From Amphiscolops sp. MND2022 (taxonomy: Eukaryota), in the NCBI GenBank assembly GCA_964187785.1, contig OZ076413.1, positions 44,084,001 to 44,148,000 of the forward strand: DNA of 64,000 nt. Direction: 5' to 3'. Positions 44,501-59,500 of this stretch are shown here, piece by piece; position 1 is the stretch's first letter; the number at the start of each line of letters is the position of its first letter. The notes below the pieces were generated by a model. That model searched no databases. It was not told the DNA's origin and saw nothing but the letters and a program-made list of their open reading frames with translations. The position numbers were made by a program, and so were the translations under genes.

Positions 44501-47500
44501 TTGAAGCGGACATGTTAAGGAGACTGATTAAAGCATCAAATACTTCAATTACAGCTTGCGCTTCAAATATTCGGCCGTTCAATTCAATCGAATGGCGAGA
44601 TGATAAATAATTCGAGTTTGCTTCAATACATACTTCCATAGGTTGCTATGAAGCGAAATGAGGTGTAAGATGTTTGCTTAGATTGGGTTCATTCAAAAAG
44701 TTGTTCATTTTTTACGGAGTCCAGTTGTCTGAAATCGACCAAAAGCTGCAAACCTAAGCTTTCAACTTTTTCCAAGCATCAACACTTCCAGGTTTTCCAA
44801 CTAAAGAATAGGCTTATTATTACAAAAATTCGGATGCCTGAGTGATTACACCAAGGTTCAATGAAAACTCAAAAGACCACAGAATTGAGAATGAATTCAT
44901 TGCTGTACATTGCTGGTTTCAAGCTATTGTAGTTTCTCATCATCAAACCGAGTTATTTTTGCGCAGAACCTTAATGATCAAAAAGATTGTTTTCCGTTTA
45001 TGTAATTTCTTTGTGGCTTGTAGTTCATTTCGAGGAAAAAGACAATACACGGTTATCAAATTTCATTTTGAGCAGCAGTCATGAACTTTTGAACAAACCC
45101 AGAGATGCTCAAACTTGTACATTGCGTAAGACCCAAAAAACTCCTAAAATTCTCCAAAGGCCTGTCGCAAGTCTCTATGGGCCAAAAAAACGAAGAAAGA
45201 GAAAATTTGTGATATTTTCACTTCTATATGGCAAAAAAATTTATGCAGAAACCTTCCAACGTCGAGAAAGATCCAGAGAAAGACCCATTTGCTTTTTAGT
45301 CTTGTAAGTAGCATGTAACTTTTGAATGTTGTGCTCAGCCGCTACCAGATTTGGATGCATTCGTGCCCATCTTTAAAAATGAAATGGCGGGGATACTGGC
45401 TGTAATAATGGTCCATTAGTTTACTGGAAGAGCCTACTCAAAACCATGGTGTTATTACCATAGAGTGACACTGTCAATTTCGGCAGGTTTGCTCTCAACA
45501 AACAAAAAATGGGGAATGAGGACTTGTGCTGATTACCTCTTGATTGACTTGTAGCTGTGTCTTGAGCAAGTGAGTCAGCTGGGAGTCGTAGGAGGGGAGG
45601 TTCCAGGAGATGTGTCTGTGACTGAAGGAGTCTGCCCCCCGGATATCCCCACAGCACAGGGTCAACACGAAGTTGTCCACCATGCTCACCGGAGGCCTCA
45701 CTTCTGAAACACACAACCATATATGACGAGGAGGAGGTGGCAGTGTTTGGTATACAATCTACATAACTTGGGCATATTTATATTATTAGGAACTACAGTA
45801 GTGTTCTAAAATATAGCAACTTCATTGTTGAAAAAAAAACAAATTTCAAATCAAAATGTTTTTAAAACACAAAAATTGTCAAAGGGTCAAATCAAATTGT
45901 CAAAGAAAGCTTCAGTCAGATATCCCTTTAAGTTTGTAGAAAAACAATAATGAAAAGTCATTAGAGGGCAGATTTCAAAAGAAAATTCAAACCGCAATTG
46001 ACGGAACCGAAAACACCGTGAAAACGGACATGGAAAAGTAATGCATTGAAAATTTATTTCGAGACCATTGTTTCAGACCGAGAAAAGAAGCCGAAGAGAT
46101 ACGGCAATAACAAGCGGTGAAATCACATCAAAAAACCGACATCGCCTGTAAGGACTGGAAAGAGAATACGGCCGATGGCATGAGATACTGCGCGACATCC
46201 TGAACTGATAACTGAAAATCGTTCAGAACCGAAAGAAAAGTGAATCAGACACCGAAGACAACGATGATGATGATGAAGAAGATATCCCGGAAGAGACCGG
46301 AAACCGAACGTTCGATACGTCAGAACGGGATGGCAATACCGGACCAGCTCGAAAGAAGACGTGATACAGATTCACACCGACGGCGAAATCCCTCAGGGTG
46401 AGAATATTGAAAATAAAATACGACGATCTAGCCAAAATACCAACAGACCGAATAGATACGGTAGTGAATCCTATAGTGGATGTTTTTGGGGATAAATAAA
46501 TAGAAACTGTTTGTACTATTATATGTTCGAACTGGATCGCAAAAAAGGAATTGCAAAAAAACACCACTGACCCAAACCACCCGCAAGCCAGCTGACTTAT
46601 TGCCCGGAGAGATGACCCCTCCAGGAACATCATCCTTCCAATAGAAGAATCCCCGGAGAGAGTTGGGTAAATGTATTACGGTTGATCCCGAATGAACTTT
46701 ACAGAGTTTTCGTGAGACACCTAGCAAGTTGTGGCCAAACAAACTTGAAATAGAAATTACAATTTTCTATACGTTGTTGAAATAGATTTGTTACAATACA
46801 GATATACAAAGTATATAACAATTCTAGAAGTTTGTCCTATCTTAACATAGTCTTAAAAGACAACAATTGTCAGCGCAAATTTCTTCACACCGTTCAAATT
46901 CAAAATTAAATTTTTTATTTTTCTGTGACGTAAATTACAAAAAAAGTAAAAATTGTAAATTTTGAAAAATCAGTTTTGCACAATTTTTCATTCTTCAAAA
47001 TTTTTAAATAAGTCTTTTTCTAAACTTTTTACCCATATTTATGTCCCCAAACCTGTCTATGCTTCTCCAAATCTGCCAACTCTTCCATGTGATAGTAGGA
47101 TTATTGCTACTGGAGGCAAAGTGCTGCTAGGAAAAGTGCTACCGCGAGCAAGCTATCAGTTTTATAAATGGTTCATGCCACGCTAAGCTATGAACATTTA
47201 AGTATTTGAATATAAATTAGATCAAATTATCATTAATTTTTCATTTAAATTCGCTTGTAGGTATATGGTTATACTTTCTGAAGTAACAGTTATCGGTCTC
47301 GGTACATCCTGTCAAGCAATTCCTGAAGGAGACTTTTGAAACTTCGTCATTCAAATTGTAACAATCAATCCAACATGGTGATCTTTAAAATTTTATTTCA
47401 TTGCCCAATTTAAAAATGTTTTTGTATGTATCTTTAGTCGGGGCTTTCATATAATAAAAGAGCCCGACTATTACAGTCACTCGTTTTTTTTTCTTTTTTT

Positions 47501-50500
47501 TTCTTCAAGACAGTCTCAAATGCGACGGAAATTGTGTTCAATTTGTTCAATTTGTCGACTGACTGGGAACCGCATCAAAGTTACTGGAAAAGGTCCTTCC
47601 TTTGGTTTTTTACTTTTTAACCGTTAAATACAAAACCGGATGAGACTAAATGGACCCCACCCCCATTCAAATTTTCTCGGCGCCGTGAGACTTTTTCGAA
47701 ATTTTTTTTGTCTTCAAAGGGCCCCCCTTCGAGTTTATTGAAGTCCCCGCGTAATATCCGAAGTTAAGCGCTCTATCCGAACTTTTGACGTTATATTCGA
47801 ACTTTATTGGGTTTTAGTAAGGAGGAGGTGGAGTTCGAAATTAGTTTTTTTTTCATGACAATCAGAAATATTTCGAAAACTGCGCTTTTTGAGCCTTAGA
47901 TATAGCACCGACTTTAGAAATTCTCGTCTTGTTTAGAGTTCTTATCAATGAAATTGCATCGCAAGTTGAAATACCGCCTGTTCAAAAAGGAGTCAAACGA
48001 TAAGAGAAACGTATGAGAAACTATTGAGGTTTGAAAATCAATATCATAGCTCTTCGTGAACTTCTCAAAGTTCAAAAAATTAATCCTTTTTTCCATCTTC
48101 AGGAGTTTTTTCAATGTGAAGTTCATTTAATAAACAAGACGCCTGCTAATCACTGGGACAACTTTAGTGAAAACGCAGAGCCGATAAATTTCAAAAAAAA
48201 TGTTTAAAACATGCTAAAAAATTTCAAACGTCAGAGTATTTTAGGCACTTCTTCAAAAAATTCAAACTTCTCCATAATTATAAATGCTACGAATCTAGTT
48301 TTATTGTTGTTAAACTACTTCGAAGAACCACTTTATATAATAATTTTACAGAATGATGAAGTTTGGAAAAATGGTACTGGGAAGTTTCGTTCACGTAACG
48401 AAATAAGGACGAAAAATGAGGAGATGTTTTATTGCAGGCTCATTGCATGTCAACTACTACCACGTCATTAACATAATGAAACATGTGATCTTTTTTACAT
48501 ATATATTTCTTCAAAGATCAGAACCTTGAGTTCTATCGCCGATCCAGTACTGGGCTACAGTGTTGTCCCCATAGAACACGGCTAGCGGCAACTTCCAATG
48601 GGTGGGGCTCTTTTCAAAAGGTAAAAGTGGGAAACTGTTGGATTGCTGGCTGGTGTGAACAAACACGTCTTTTCCGTTGGCGGCAGATACTGGCTTCTGC
48701 GATATTAGCACTATGTCTTTGTTGGCAAAGTAGGAGACTTCTAGCAGAGGAAATGACCCCGAGTACAGCCACGGGTACAAGTAGGAACTCAGGTCAAATT
48801 TGCGAGAATCGCGAAGCTTCTGAAATACGAAATCGGGTTCTTGGAATGGCACCAGGAATATGGTACGCAATTGAAAACTGTAGTTAAAGTAGACTTTTGA
48901 GGAGTTTGACATGTAACAAAGAAATTTTCTAGTCGTTTGCATTTTTTGACGAGAACTTTCTCAGGAACAAAGCGTTTGTCTGTACAGATCTTCTAGGGTT
49001 ACGTCTTCAAAATAGTAAATATGGAAATCAGGAGTACCGGTGCTTGCTACCTTGCTATCTCACCTTGACTACATTTGAAAGAATACGTCAAGAAAAGGAG
49101 CATAAACTTGAAACTGTCTTGAAAATTAACCAGAGAGGAATTTACAAGAGAGTACAAACGTGCCAGCAAAAAATAGTCGATCAAGATGGATGGTTACCTC
49201 AAAGTGACAGCAAAACCCAACCAATATAATATTACTACCAATAGTATCCTTTCCTAATGATGTAAAAGTGCCGTGGCGACTGGAAAGGAACATTCACTGA
49301 CCAATTGTAGTGACATGAGGTATGTTTTGATATTGATTTGGTCATTGCCCCTGCCCCGCCCACTTCTGAAGGAGCTGCTGACGTCATTGTCTGAGATGGT
49401 GTTGACCAGTTCTGAGGTCAGGATGCCGGGGTCAATGAACTCTATGCCCGAGAACACCGAAGCGGCCTAAACCAACATGCAATTAATACTACAGTTCATT
49501 AACTGACATTTATACGTTGGTAGAAGATGATTGAATTTGGCAGAACATATTTTGCATAATTCTTAGATAAATGGAGGAAAATGTTGGCGCCATTATACTC
49601 TTGGTTTTTAGTCGGAGCTTTTCTACTTTTCTAGTGAAGAGAGCTTGAATATTACAGTGGCTGGTTTTTAGTCGGCGCTTTTCTAGTGAAAAGAGCCCGA
49701 CTATTACAGTGGCTATATTTTTTTCATCAGACTACAATCTCACTCTGATTGGGCCACTTTTCTTACAATCGAAACTACTAAAACTACTACCATAAGGCCA
49801 AGTCCGGTCAGCGGAAATTAGTGCAAAAGTCCCCCCTTTCATATTTTTAAACGTAACCTACAAAACCGGACGAGACTAAAGGGTCCCCCCTTTCGATTTT
49901 TTTTCGGCATTGTGCGACTTTTTTCGAAAATTTTTTAATGTCTCAAAAGAGTCCCCTTTTAGAGTTTTTTGATATTTTGCAACAGAATATATGTTAATAA
50001 AGCCCAAAGGGTCCCTCCTTTTACATTTTTTGGCACTATGCGACATTTTCTAAAAAAAAATTAAAAAATTCAAGTTTATTTCAAAAAAAAGTCTTTTGCG
50101 CTTTTTGAGCCTTAGATATAGCACCGACTTTAGACGTTCCCGTCTTGTTTTTAGTTTTTTTTTCGTCGGACCACAGACCTCATCGTGTATGTATCACTTT
50201 TTGGTACAGACTTTACTCGGTTTACGGTGAACCCAGCGGTCACGGGTTCGAGTCCTTGCTTTAGCCAGAAACTTTTTCGAGCATTTGCGAAAGCGGACGA
50301 GACTGAAGGGTCCATCTTTCATTTTTTTTGGCACTGTGCGACTTTTTTGGAATTTTTTGTCTCCAAAACGTCCCCCCTTCAATTTTTTTTGATATTTTGC
50401 AACAAACTGGATTGTCAAAAAGCCCGTAGGGTCCCCCGTTCACAGTTTCAAAAACGTTGCGCTTTTTGAGGCTCAGATATAGCGCCGACTTTGGCTGTTC

Positions 50501-53500
50501 CCGGCATGTTGATCTTTAAGCGGGGCTTGAGACGGTCCCGTCTTGTTTAAACTTACCCTTACATCAAAAGACTTTTCTCATGCTTTTCTGGTGGTCCCTA
50601 CACCATGAGCAATAGTGAGGAAAACTCTAACTGGAAGCATGGTTTAGTCATAACTTGATTACAGGGATATACATACAAGTATGATTTTTTAAAAATGCAT
50701 AATAAGATCATTTAATGTCGAATGGCCGCGAATTATTGTTTATGATTGCTTAGGTTTTTGTTTGCTTCTATGTTCATTCTTTTGTTTGCTGATTTGGTTT
50801 TTGTTTGTCTAATTGTTTGTTTTCACCCACCTTGACCCATCGGGCTAGAGGGGACTCTGCATGTAGTTGTTGCGCAATATAAGATGATGAAAAGGAACTG
50901 TGGCCCCTCAAGTTTTCCATTCCGGATGAGTCATGCAGGGCCGACAACACCAGGGGGTTCACTCCGCTCTGTTCCAGACTGCTTTGGGTCAGATCCACCA
51001 TCTGCAGAGCCTGGAAAATCAACTTTTAGAATTACCACAGATAATTGAGTCATCATCTCAGAAAACAGTTCCTTAGCGTCTGGGGCATTTAAAAGATTAA
51101 CTTCACCTTAAAAAACACTACCCTTTGGATAATTCTCGGTAAATTTTTTAATATCAATTCTCTACAGACAAACCGAATTCCAACGTGAAACATTTGACGC
51201 GAAGTAGATGCCCAAACCACAACAAAAGAAACTAATATTGAGCATAAAAAGAAAGTTTTTCCGGCGACTTCAAAATGAACTGTGACTCCGAACGTCGAGG
51301 AATGAAACAACTGTAGGATTAATCTCAGTTATAGTTTGGTAAAACCAAGTAAAACCATTGCAACTTTGTCATGATCATGGAAAATGAAACCTTGATTATG
51401 AAATTCATGCGAAAATCATGTCATGATAGTTTACAAGAGCGACTTTGTCAATACTTGAAATAGGTTTGATATACCAGATTAAGATTCTCTTATTTCATCA
51501 ACAGCTGTTTAAAAATTTTGACACTCGAAAACGTCATCCGGTTAACAATCAAGAATCTTTACGGTAACATAAATTATCACGATGTAAAACATCACCCAAA
51601 TCAACGTGATTCAACGTGTGTCCTTTATTCTTCGAAAACCCCCGGCCACATCATTTGACTGACTTACTTTTCTACTCAAATAAGTTGTATAGTGGACACT
51701 TCATTCAACCGTGATTTTTAAACTGAAGTTTTGAAACAATTGAGTGAAACTTTGGTGGAAGAATGCTTTAAAAATGGAAAAAAAGTGGAAGTATCTCGAT
51801 GATTAAACATCATAACCAAGGTTTTCTCAATTTTGAGATTCAAAAGTTTGTATCAACTTTAAGAACTCTGGTTAAACTTGCAGATCTAGATCCCGCTTCA
51901 GCTATTTCGTTCTTTTTTGGATTTAACGTGAATGAATAATCATAGCTTTAGATATATCAAGATTGGTGAGATCAAACACAAGTGTGAACGCTTGCATCAA
52001 CTGGGTTTTGTCTCATGCTTCATGTGCCTGTCAAAACTGCTTCGCGGAAAAAGTTTTGAACTTTGGGGAGTATATTCCGATCACTTACCATTGCAGGGTC
52101 CATCTTTAAAACAGAAAAGTTACTTCAAAATTAGTTTGGGACAACAATGCATCGGAATTTTTTCCTCCCCCAGACACGCGTTATTTGATATGAGACCTTT
52201 GAAAAATTGACATATGTTCGTATAAATTTTGTATAAATTTGTGGCGCCATCAAAAAAGAGTGTTTTAAGATGTGACAATTGATAAAAACTAGCTTTTTAA
52301 CATGTGAGGGAAAGGAAGAAGAACCGATGCATCATTTAGTCTGCTTGTGGAAAGTTCGGTTCAAGATAGTTGGTCTAAGGTTATCGTGGAATTCTTTGGA
52401 TAAGATTTAGTATACTATATTTACTACAGTAGCCATTATGTAGTTTGCCTCAGGGATTTAAATTCAATATAATAGAAACTTCACGCAGGAATCGGAAAAC
52501 TGGTTTTTAGTCGGCGCTTTTCTTAAGAAAAGAGTCGACTATAGTCATGGCTTTTCGACAGTGTTTTTTTGAAGACCGCCTGAAGTGACCAAAATAGTTC
52601 TACCAAAAGTTCTACAAAATTTTGAGAAGACGCCAAAATGTACCTGTTGGCCCAAGAAATTGAACCAAAAAGGTTTCCCGCGTAACATACAATACCCGAC
52701 GAGACTAAAGGATCCCCTTTTAGATTTTTTTCGGCACTGTGCGACTTTTTTTCATTTTTTCCATCAAAGGATCCCCCTTCATTTTTTGGAGTTTTACAAC
52801 AGAAAGCATAAAAGGGTTCCCAATTCACCAATACTTTGACATTTTGAAGTCCTTTTGCTATTTTTGAGCCTTAGATATGGCGCCGACTTGGGCCGGTCCC
52901 GGCTTGTTTCAGTTTGTCACATCGTTGGCAACAGTAGAGGTAACACGAACAGAAGAGACCGTTGTTGATGAACGAACTAACAAACTCACGTCTTAATTAT
53001 TACTCGTCGATCCCCCTTACACATTTCAGTTAATACATTTATATTGGTAGTGAATAGATTGTTATTTTCCGCTCATATTCCATGAGAAGGGAAAATATTC
53101 AACGCAGCCGCGTTTTCTTCTCCAGAAATTGCCATGTTCCAATTATATTCCCAAAATGAAAGTGTTAACCCAAAGAATTCAACTGCAATAGCCTAGTTTT
53201 GTGACGTAGTTGTAGAGATTTTTGGACGTTTTTGGTCGACCCCGAAACGACCCATAAATGACACCAAAAATAGAAATAAAACTCCAAAATTTTCCAATTT
53301 TCAACCTTTTAAGTCAAGTTTTTTTTAGAATTTTCGAAAGATTTCGTGAGTTAGATATTTAAAATCGTTGTCCAGTAAGCATTTATGAAGCGATATATGC
53401 AGTTTCTTGTTATATTCAAAATTTTCCGTCTTTGCAATCAGAAAGACTCAAAGTAGAGAGTTCGTCGGTTAGAACGTAAAAATTGTTCAACGGAGAAAAA

Positions 53501-56500
53501 CCAATAATTATCTAGACGCTTTTGTGAAGAGTTAAAGGCAGTTTCGTGAAACAAAAATGCCTCAAAAGCCAACAAAAGTCCAAAAAAGCAACGAAATTGC
53601 TATTTTTTGACAAAATAGTCTCAATTGTTGTTCAATTGTTGTGTTGATTAGAACTTTCATTGACCTGAAAATTGAAACAATCGGCAACTCAGTACGCTAT
53701 TCAAGAGAAAAGGCGGTATTTTCATCCAAAAAGATTCTCGAGTATGACAATAATTTGCGCAAACTTGCAAATTTCCCCATTTTTGACAACATAGTCCCAA
53801 CTTTGGACAAATTTTGATGTTTTCTTCATTTAGAAAATCCATCAGGCTCAGCATTGAAACCAATAGTTATTGGTACACGTTTCGAAAGAGAAGCCGGCCA
53901 AAACTATATCAAATAAAACGGGAACGTCTCAAGTCTGCGCTACATTTAGGATCAAACAGCGTAAAGTTTCTATACATGCTTAGGACTTTTCTCTTTAAAA
54001 ATGACAAAAATGTGCTCAAACACGCAATGGATGCTTTTCGTGCTCAGAAAACGCTGCAAAGGGTTGGAGATACGTTCTCTGCCACATGGTAGAGGTCTGT
54101 TTCAACCCCGGTCTCTTCCTTAATAAAACGCAACATACTTCGAAGATAACGTCAAAAAACCGGATCGCATTTTAAAAATATTAAGATGTACTTTGAAAAA
54201 TCCTTATTTGAGACAAAAATAAGAAAAATTTATTTGAAGGTCTTATAGTGCCAAAAATGTAAAACGGGGGAGCTTTTGCCTTTTTGAACATCCAATTTGT
54301 AGGAAAATATTAACAAAAATGAAGGGGAACCATTTAGATGATGACTTTAAAAATTTCGTAGAAACTTCTCTCAATGCCAAAAAACCAATGAGAGGATCCT
54401 CTAGTCTCGTTTTTTATGTTACTTTAAAAAATGAGAGGGACCTTTGTAGTAATTTAGATGCAAGTCCGAGGCGCTCGTTTAGTTGAAAAAACAAATAAAT
54501 GTCCATTACACTGGGAGTCTACAAAAACTAGTCACTGCATTAGTCGGGAACTTTTCTGTTAGAAAAAGCGCTGACTAAAACACTATAAATTTGCTATAAA
54601 GACAACAACAGGCAGTCAGACCTTTGCGACCTAGAGCGAAATTCACAACTTCAAGTCCGCCATCATTGGAGCTGCAATTATGGTACTGTAGATTGCTTCG
54701 GGGAGATGGTATTGGAAATTTTAATAATTTCGAAAGTCAAAAATTGGCCAATCCCAGATCCCGGGTATTTCGGTAATTTTAAATTCTTTTCTGGCTCATT
54801 CTCCATTTCAGACTATAGGTCATTTGGGTTGCATTTTTTGAACTTTGCCATGAGCATTGGTATCCACATAGCTCAACAGCAAAATAGTTAGGTACTTAGC
54901 GTGTTCTTCAATTAAGTGTTTTCTTTCATGAATAAAAAAATGTCAAAACTTTCATTTATTCAAAGTTCTTCGCATTTTCATTTTGCATTAATTAACCAGT
55001 GGCTACTGTTGAGCCTCAAAATCACGTTGTTGCTAGAACAGTTTGGTCCGGAAAATAACCCGTTGGTCAGCGGGTGTCTTGTTATAGCTAAGTGCGATTT
55101 TTACGTAGAATACAACATCGATGTTTACGTAGATCCTTACTGCTGTTTTCAATAGTATTTGATACGTTTTCGATCACATTTTTTCACCTATCAAATCTCA
55201 AATGTCTCATGTAACATTAGAGTAGATTCTGAGTAATTTAGTAATACATAAACAAGCATAAACTGGCTGACATTACTAACAATGGCTACTCTGTAGTTGG
55301 TACTGTACGCGGCGTTCAGGGGGAGTGGCTGGGGCTGTAAGGGGGGCTGTTGGGGGGAGAGCGAGAGGGGGCGGGCAGAGGAGGAGGGTAGAAAGCCGTA
55401 CTTAAAGTCCAGACTCCTCAGCCCCAGCTGCATGCACACGCCCTCTAGCGCCCACACATCACTCCACCAATTGATGGCCAGCACACGTGTCAGCAGCTAC
55501 AACAATCATCATGAATTTTACGCAATTTTTCATCGATAATTTGCATTTTTAATGACTAATTAGCAGAGAACAAGCTGAAAACTGACTGGAAAGAATTCTG
55601 GAGTTGATTTGATTTCCTGTAGCTTGATACACAGTAGTGATTACACAGACCAACTGGGTGTTCGAAGCCATGTAATGTTTGCCATGATCATGGTTAATCT
55701 TGCTAATTCATCGTTAGTCACGGTACCCTTGTCAAGATCATTGTCAATCATGATACATGGAACACTTGTCAAGATCATTCCAAGATCTTGGCAAGGCTAG
55801 CAAGGAATTTGCCATGGACCTTGGCAAGGGTACCGTGGCTTCGAACACTGAGTATGCTGAAAGATACACCAGATTGTATCTACGCGTTTGAAAATTATCA
55901 CAAAGTCTCGACATTACGAAACCTCATCATTTCCAAATAGTTAGGTCACTATTTCTAGTAATGTAAAGTTATCAAAACGATTTCGCCCAGTGTCAAAATT
56001 CTTGGATTTCCTTGGATAAAAATCTTGCATTTTCGTTAAACCCTTGGTAAGAATCTCGGCAATATTCCTATCAAGAGCGCCAAAGTGTACGATCTTAAAA
56101 GATCATGCCAAGACTTTCAGGAGGAAAACTATCAAAGTGAATGAAAATATACAGAAGCCGACGCCAACTGCGGCTGGATCAGCAATGCCGCAGCCGTTCA
56201 CGCTACCAACCAAGCTCATCACATCCTGAATTTCAATACTTTGTGTCGTCCAATAAACTTTAAAGAATGATAATGTGGCTGGTAGTGAGAACAGTAGCAA
56301 AGTTATTGTAAACAGAAACGATGATTGCTTTGCGAGTCATTTATTTTCTTGACACTCTTGATAAAAATCTTACCAAGATTCTTATCAAAAAATTCAAAAA
56401 GTTTGTGTGAAGCAAGAATAAACAAGACCTTATCCAGACTTTAAAGCGTAAACGGGAATATGTATGAATATGCAGGATCTTGGAGAGAGTTTCGAGATAT

Positions 56501-59500
56501 TTTGCATTGGCTTATTTTGCACTGGGATTTTGTACACAGCGAGGATATGATGTCAGTTGCAATTAAATTCTGTTAACAGAGTTCCTCGGAGATTCTGATT
56601 AAAATTGAATAAACGTTTTCAGAACTTAATTCACCTCAATAAATTAATTTCCATGTAAACCAATGTAGCAGTGGGGTCTTCCCACTTGGCCGAGTTAATA
56701 AGCTCATCATCAACGCGTGATGAAAATCATTTACAAATTTGATTGGACAAAGACACATTTCAAAATGTATGAGGATAATGGTATATGTAAAACGAAGTAC
56801 CGTCAATAGAAAGTTACGATTACGTAATCAGCTATAGTCACATACCTTTAGTGTTCTAAATGCAGCAGCGATTGAAGCGGAGTTTTAGTAGTCCAATGGC
56901 TGGTTTTCACGAATATAGATTCAAACAACTATTTCAAAAATCATGGTTGATATGATTTTTACCCGCTAAAATCTACAATTTTTTGGCTTAGTGAATCCTT
57001 TCTCATTTTAGGCTAACTGGATATTACGCTTCGTGGCTTGCCCCCGTAGCTATTAGGTGACCGGCAAAAACGGTACTTGTGAAAGACGGCATATTTTGTC
57101 AAAAAGAAACCGAAAGTTCTCTATGTATCATTTTGTCACTTTGACAGCTTTAATCGGCAGTTCATTTCGGATTCACATTTAGTTTTGCGACCTATTTTTT
57201 TTTTACAAATGAGAGGTTTTTTCGTTTTTTCTATGTCAAGGAAAATTACCAGGAGAAATTGTTCAAGACAAAATTACTGCCTTAAGTGTGTCAAAATTGT
57301 AGTTGTTTATTTTGTCCCAATTCACATGTCGGCGAGGAAAATTTTTATTTCTATGGATTTTTTTTTCAAAATTCGTTACGTTCTAATTATATAACGCGGC
57401 GAGATGTTCGTCCACGGAAGACAGCTCTTTAGAAACAAAATGGTAGCCTATAAAATTGGGGAAATATTTTTATCTTTTTTGGAAAATGTACCTTGAAACA
57501 AGACGCGAACGGCCCAAATCGGCGCAATATCTGAGGCTCAACAAATTGTGAAATTTGGGAAAAAATCGATAATGCTATACGAAAAATGAAAACGTTATAT
57601 CCGAAATTTGAAAACATTACATTCGAACTTTGAAAACGTTACATCCGAACTTTGAACACGTTATATCCGAACTTTGAAAACGTTATATCCGAACTTTTAC
57701 TTTGAAAACGTTACATCCGAACTTTGAAATGTTATATCCGACTTGAATTTTCTCAACTAAAATGTTGTACAAATGAACAAAAAGTGGACCATTCAGAGTG
57801 AACTGAAAAAAATTACCGACTGTAATAGTCGGGCTTTTTGTCCTTAGGGGAAAAGGTGCCGAATAAAAACACTCCACATACAAAGACTACAGAAATAAAC
57901 CGACAAGAATGATGTACTGCAAACAGTTCAATCTACGATCCTTGACGATGATGAAGTAGTTGTAAGCCTTGATATTGTTAGCCTATTCACAAATGTGCCT
58001 CTACAAGAGAGCATTGACTACACCGTGGACCTTCTCTATTCAACACCTCATTCACCACCTGGGATAAACAGGGAAACTTTCAAAGAACTTCTTGAAATGG
58101 TCTCAAAAGATGTCATCATGCTGACACACCGAGGTTACTACCGACAGGTAGATGGAGTTGCAATGGGTAGCTCGGTGGGACCCCTCTTAGCCAATATATT
58201 TGTATCCAGGTACGACTCTGAACTTGCTTCCTTTAGCAAATTCTATTTTCGGTATGTCGACGATGTGATCCGAACTTTGAGGAAGGGCGGAGAAAAGTAA
58301 TTATTGGATTTGGCTAACACAATGCACGAAAACCTGAAATTCACAATAGAAAGACATGATAACAATAATGGAATTGTGTTTTTAGACATGCAAATACGTC
58401 GGGACGACGATGGTCGTTTGGCAGCTCAGTGGTACAGGAAAGAAACAGATACGGGGGTGTTACTTAATTTCCACTCCCTAAGCCCCAACCTTTACAAACG
58501 ATCGCTTGTTGCCGGTATGGTGCACCGTATTATGATGACCACTAGCACATGGACGCGTTTCAGTGAGTCACTTAGGGAAGCCCACCAAATTTTGAGAAAT
58601 AACCAATATCCGCAACATTTCATTGAACGCATAACAAATTTAACGCTTGAGAAGATTATCACAGCCAACAACGCAGTAAGGAGAAAGAACATAAAAACGT
58701 CACCCATCAAAACTAGTAAGCCAGCCTTGTGCACGATGATGCCAATTGAATATAGAGGTAAAGTGAGTGAAGATTTTAAACAAAAGCTAGATAAGCTTTT
58801 GCCAGGTTCACTATTCTACTTCGTGTCAATAAAGATGAGAAGCAAGATCTGTCATCTTAAGACACAGATACCACCTTCCTTCAAGAGTCGTGTCATTTAT
58901 CAAATTCAGTGTCCAGCGTGTGCTGGTACCTACATCGGGCAGACTGTCCGACATCTTTCCACGCGACTAAAGGAGCATGGTATGAAGAATGCACCAGTGA
59001 ATCTCCATTTCCAATCTTGCAAACAGACTCTTACGGAAGACGATGCCGTTATTCTCGATTCCCACGAGGACCCCACAACGCTGTTATCATTAGAGGCAGT
59101 TTACATCAAAAGAAAAAAGCCGATACTGAATACCAAGGATGAGTTCAAGTCTCACACACTGCAGTATGCATTCTAAGATCCGCAGACGCCCCCCATCCAC
59201 ACTATGGTGTTTATTTATGTATGATAGTATCTATCTCTTTCGCCATTTTATGAACTCGTTGCTATTTTAGCCTTTGTAAACATTCGTACATTTTTTAGAT
59301 AACTGATGATGATCAAATGATCGAAAAGCTTCTTAACACATTTTTAATCATTTTGTTTCTGAAACCCAAGACAGCCAAACCTAGGAGGTCAACGAAACTG
59401 TAATTACCAACCCAGCAACCTTTTGAGAACAGACAAGTAGTGTTCTGATCCAAAAACGAGACAAAAAATTTTCAATTTTTGATCATGTATAAGTATTATT

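Noticed and set aside
57590..57742. CRISPR-like array (also considered for 4937-5061)
   Set aside because: Head-to-tail tandem units without unique spacers, in a eukaryotic context with no cas genes.
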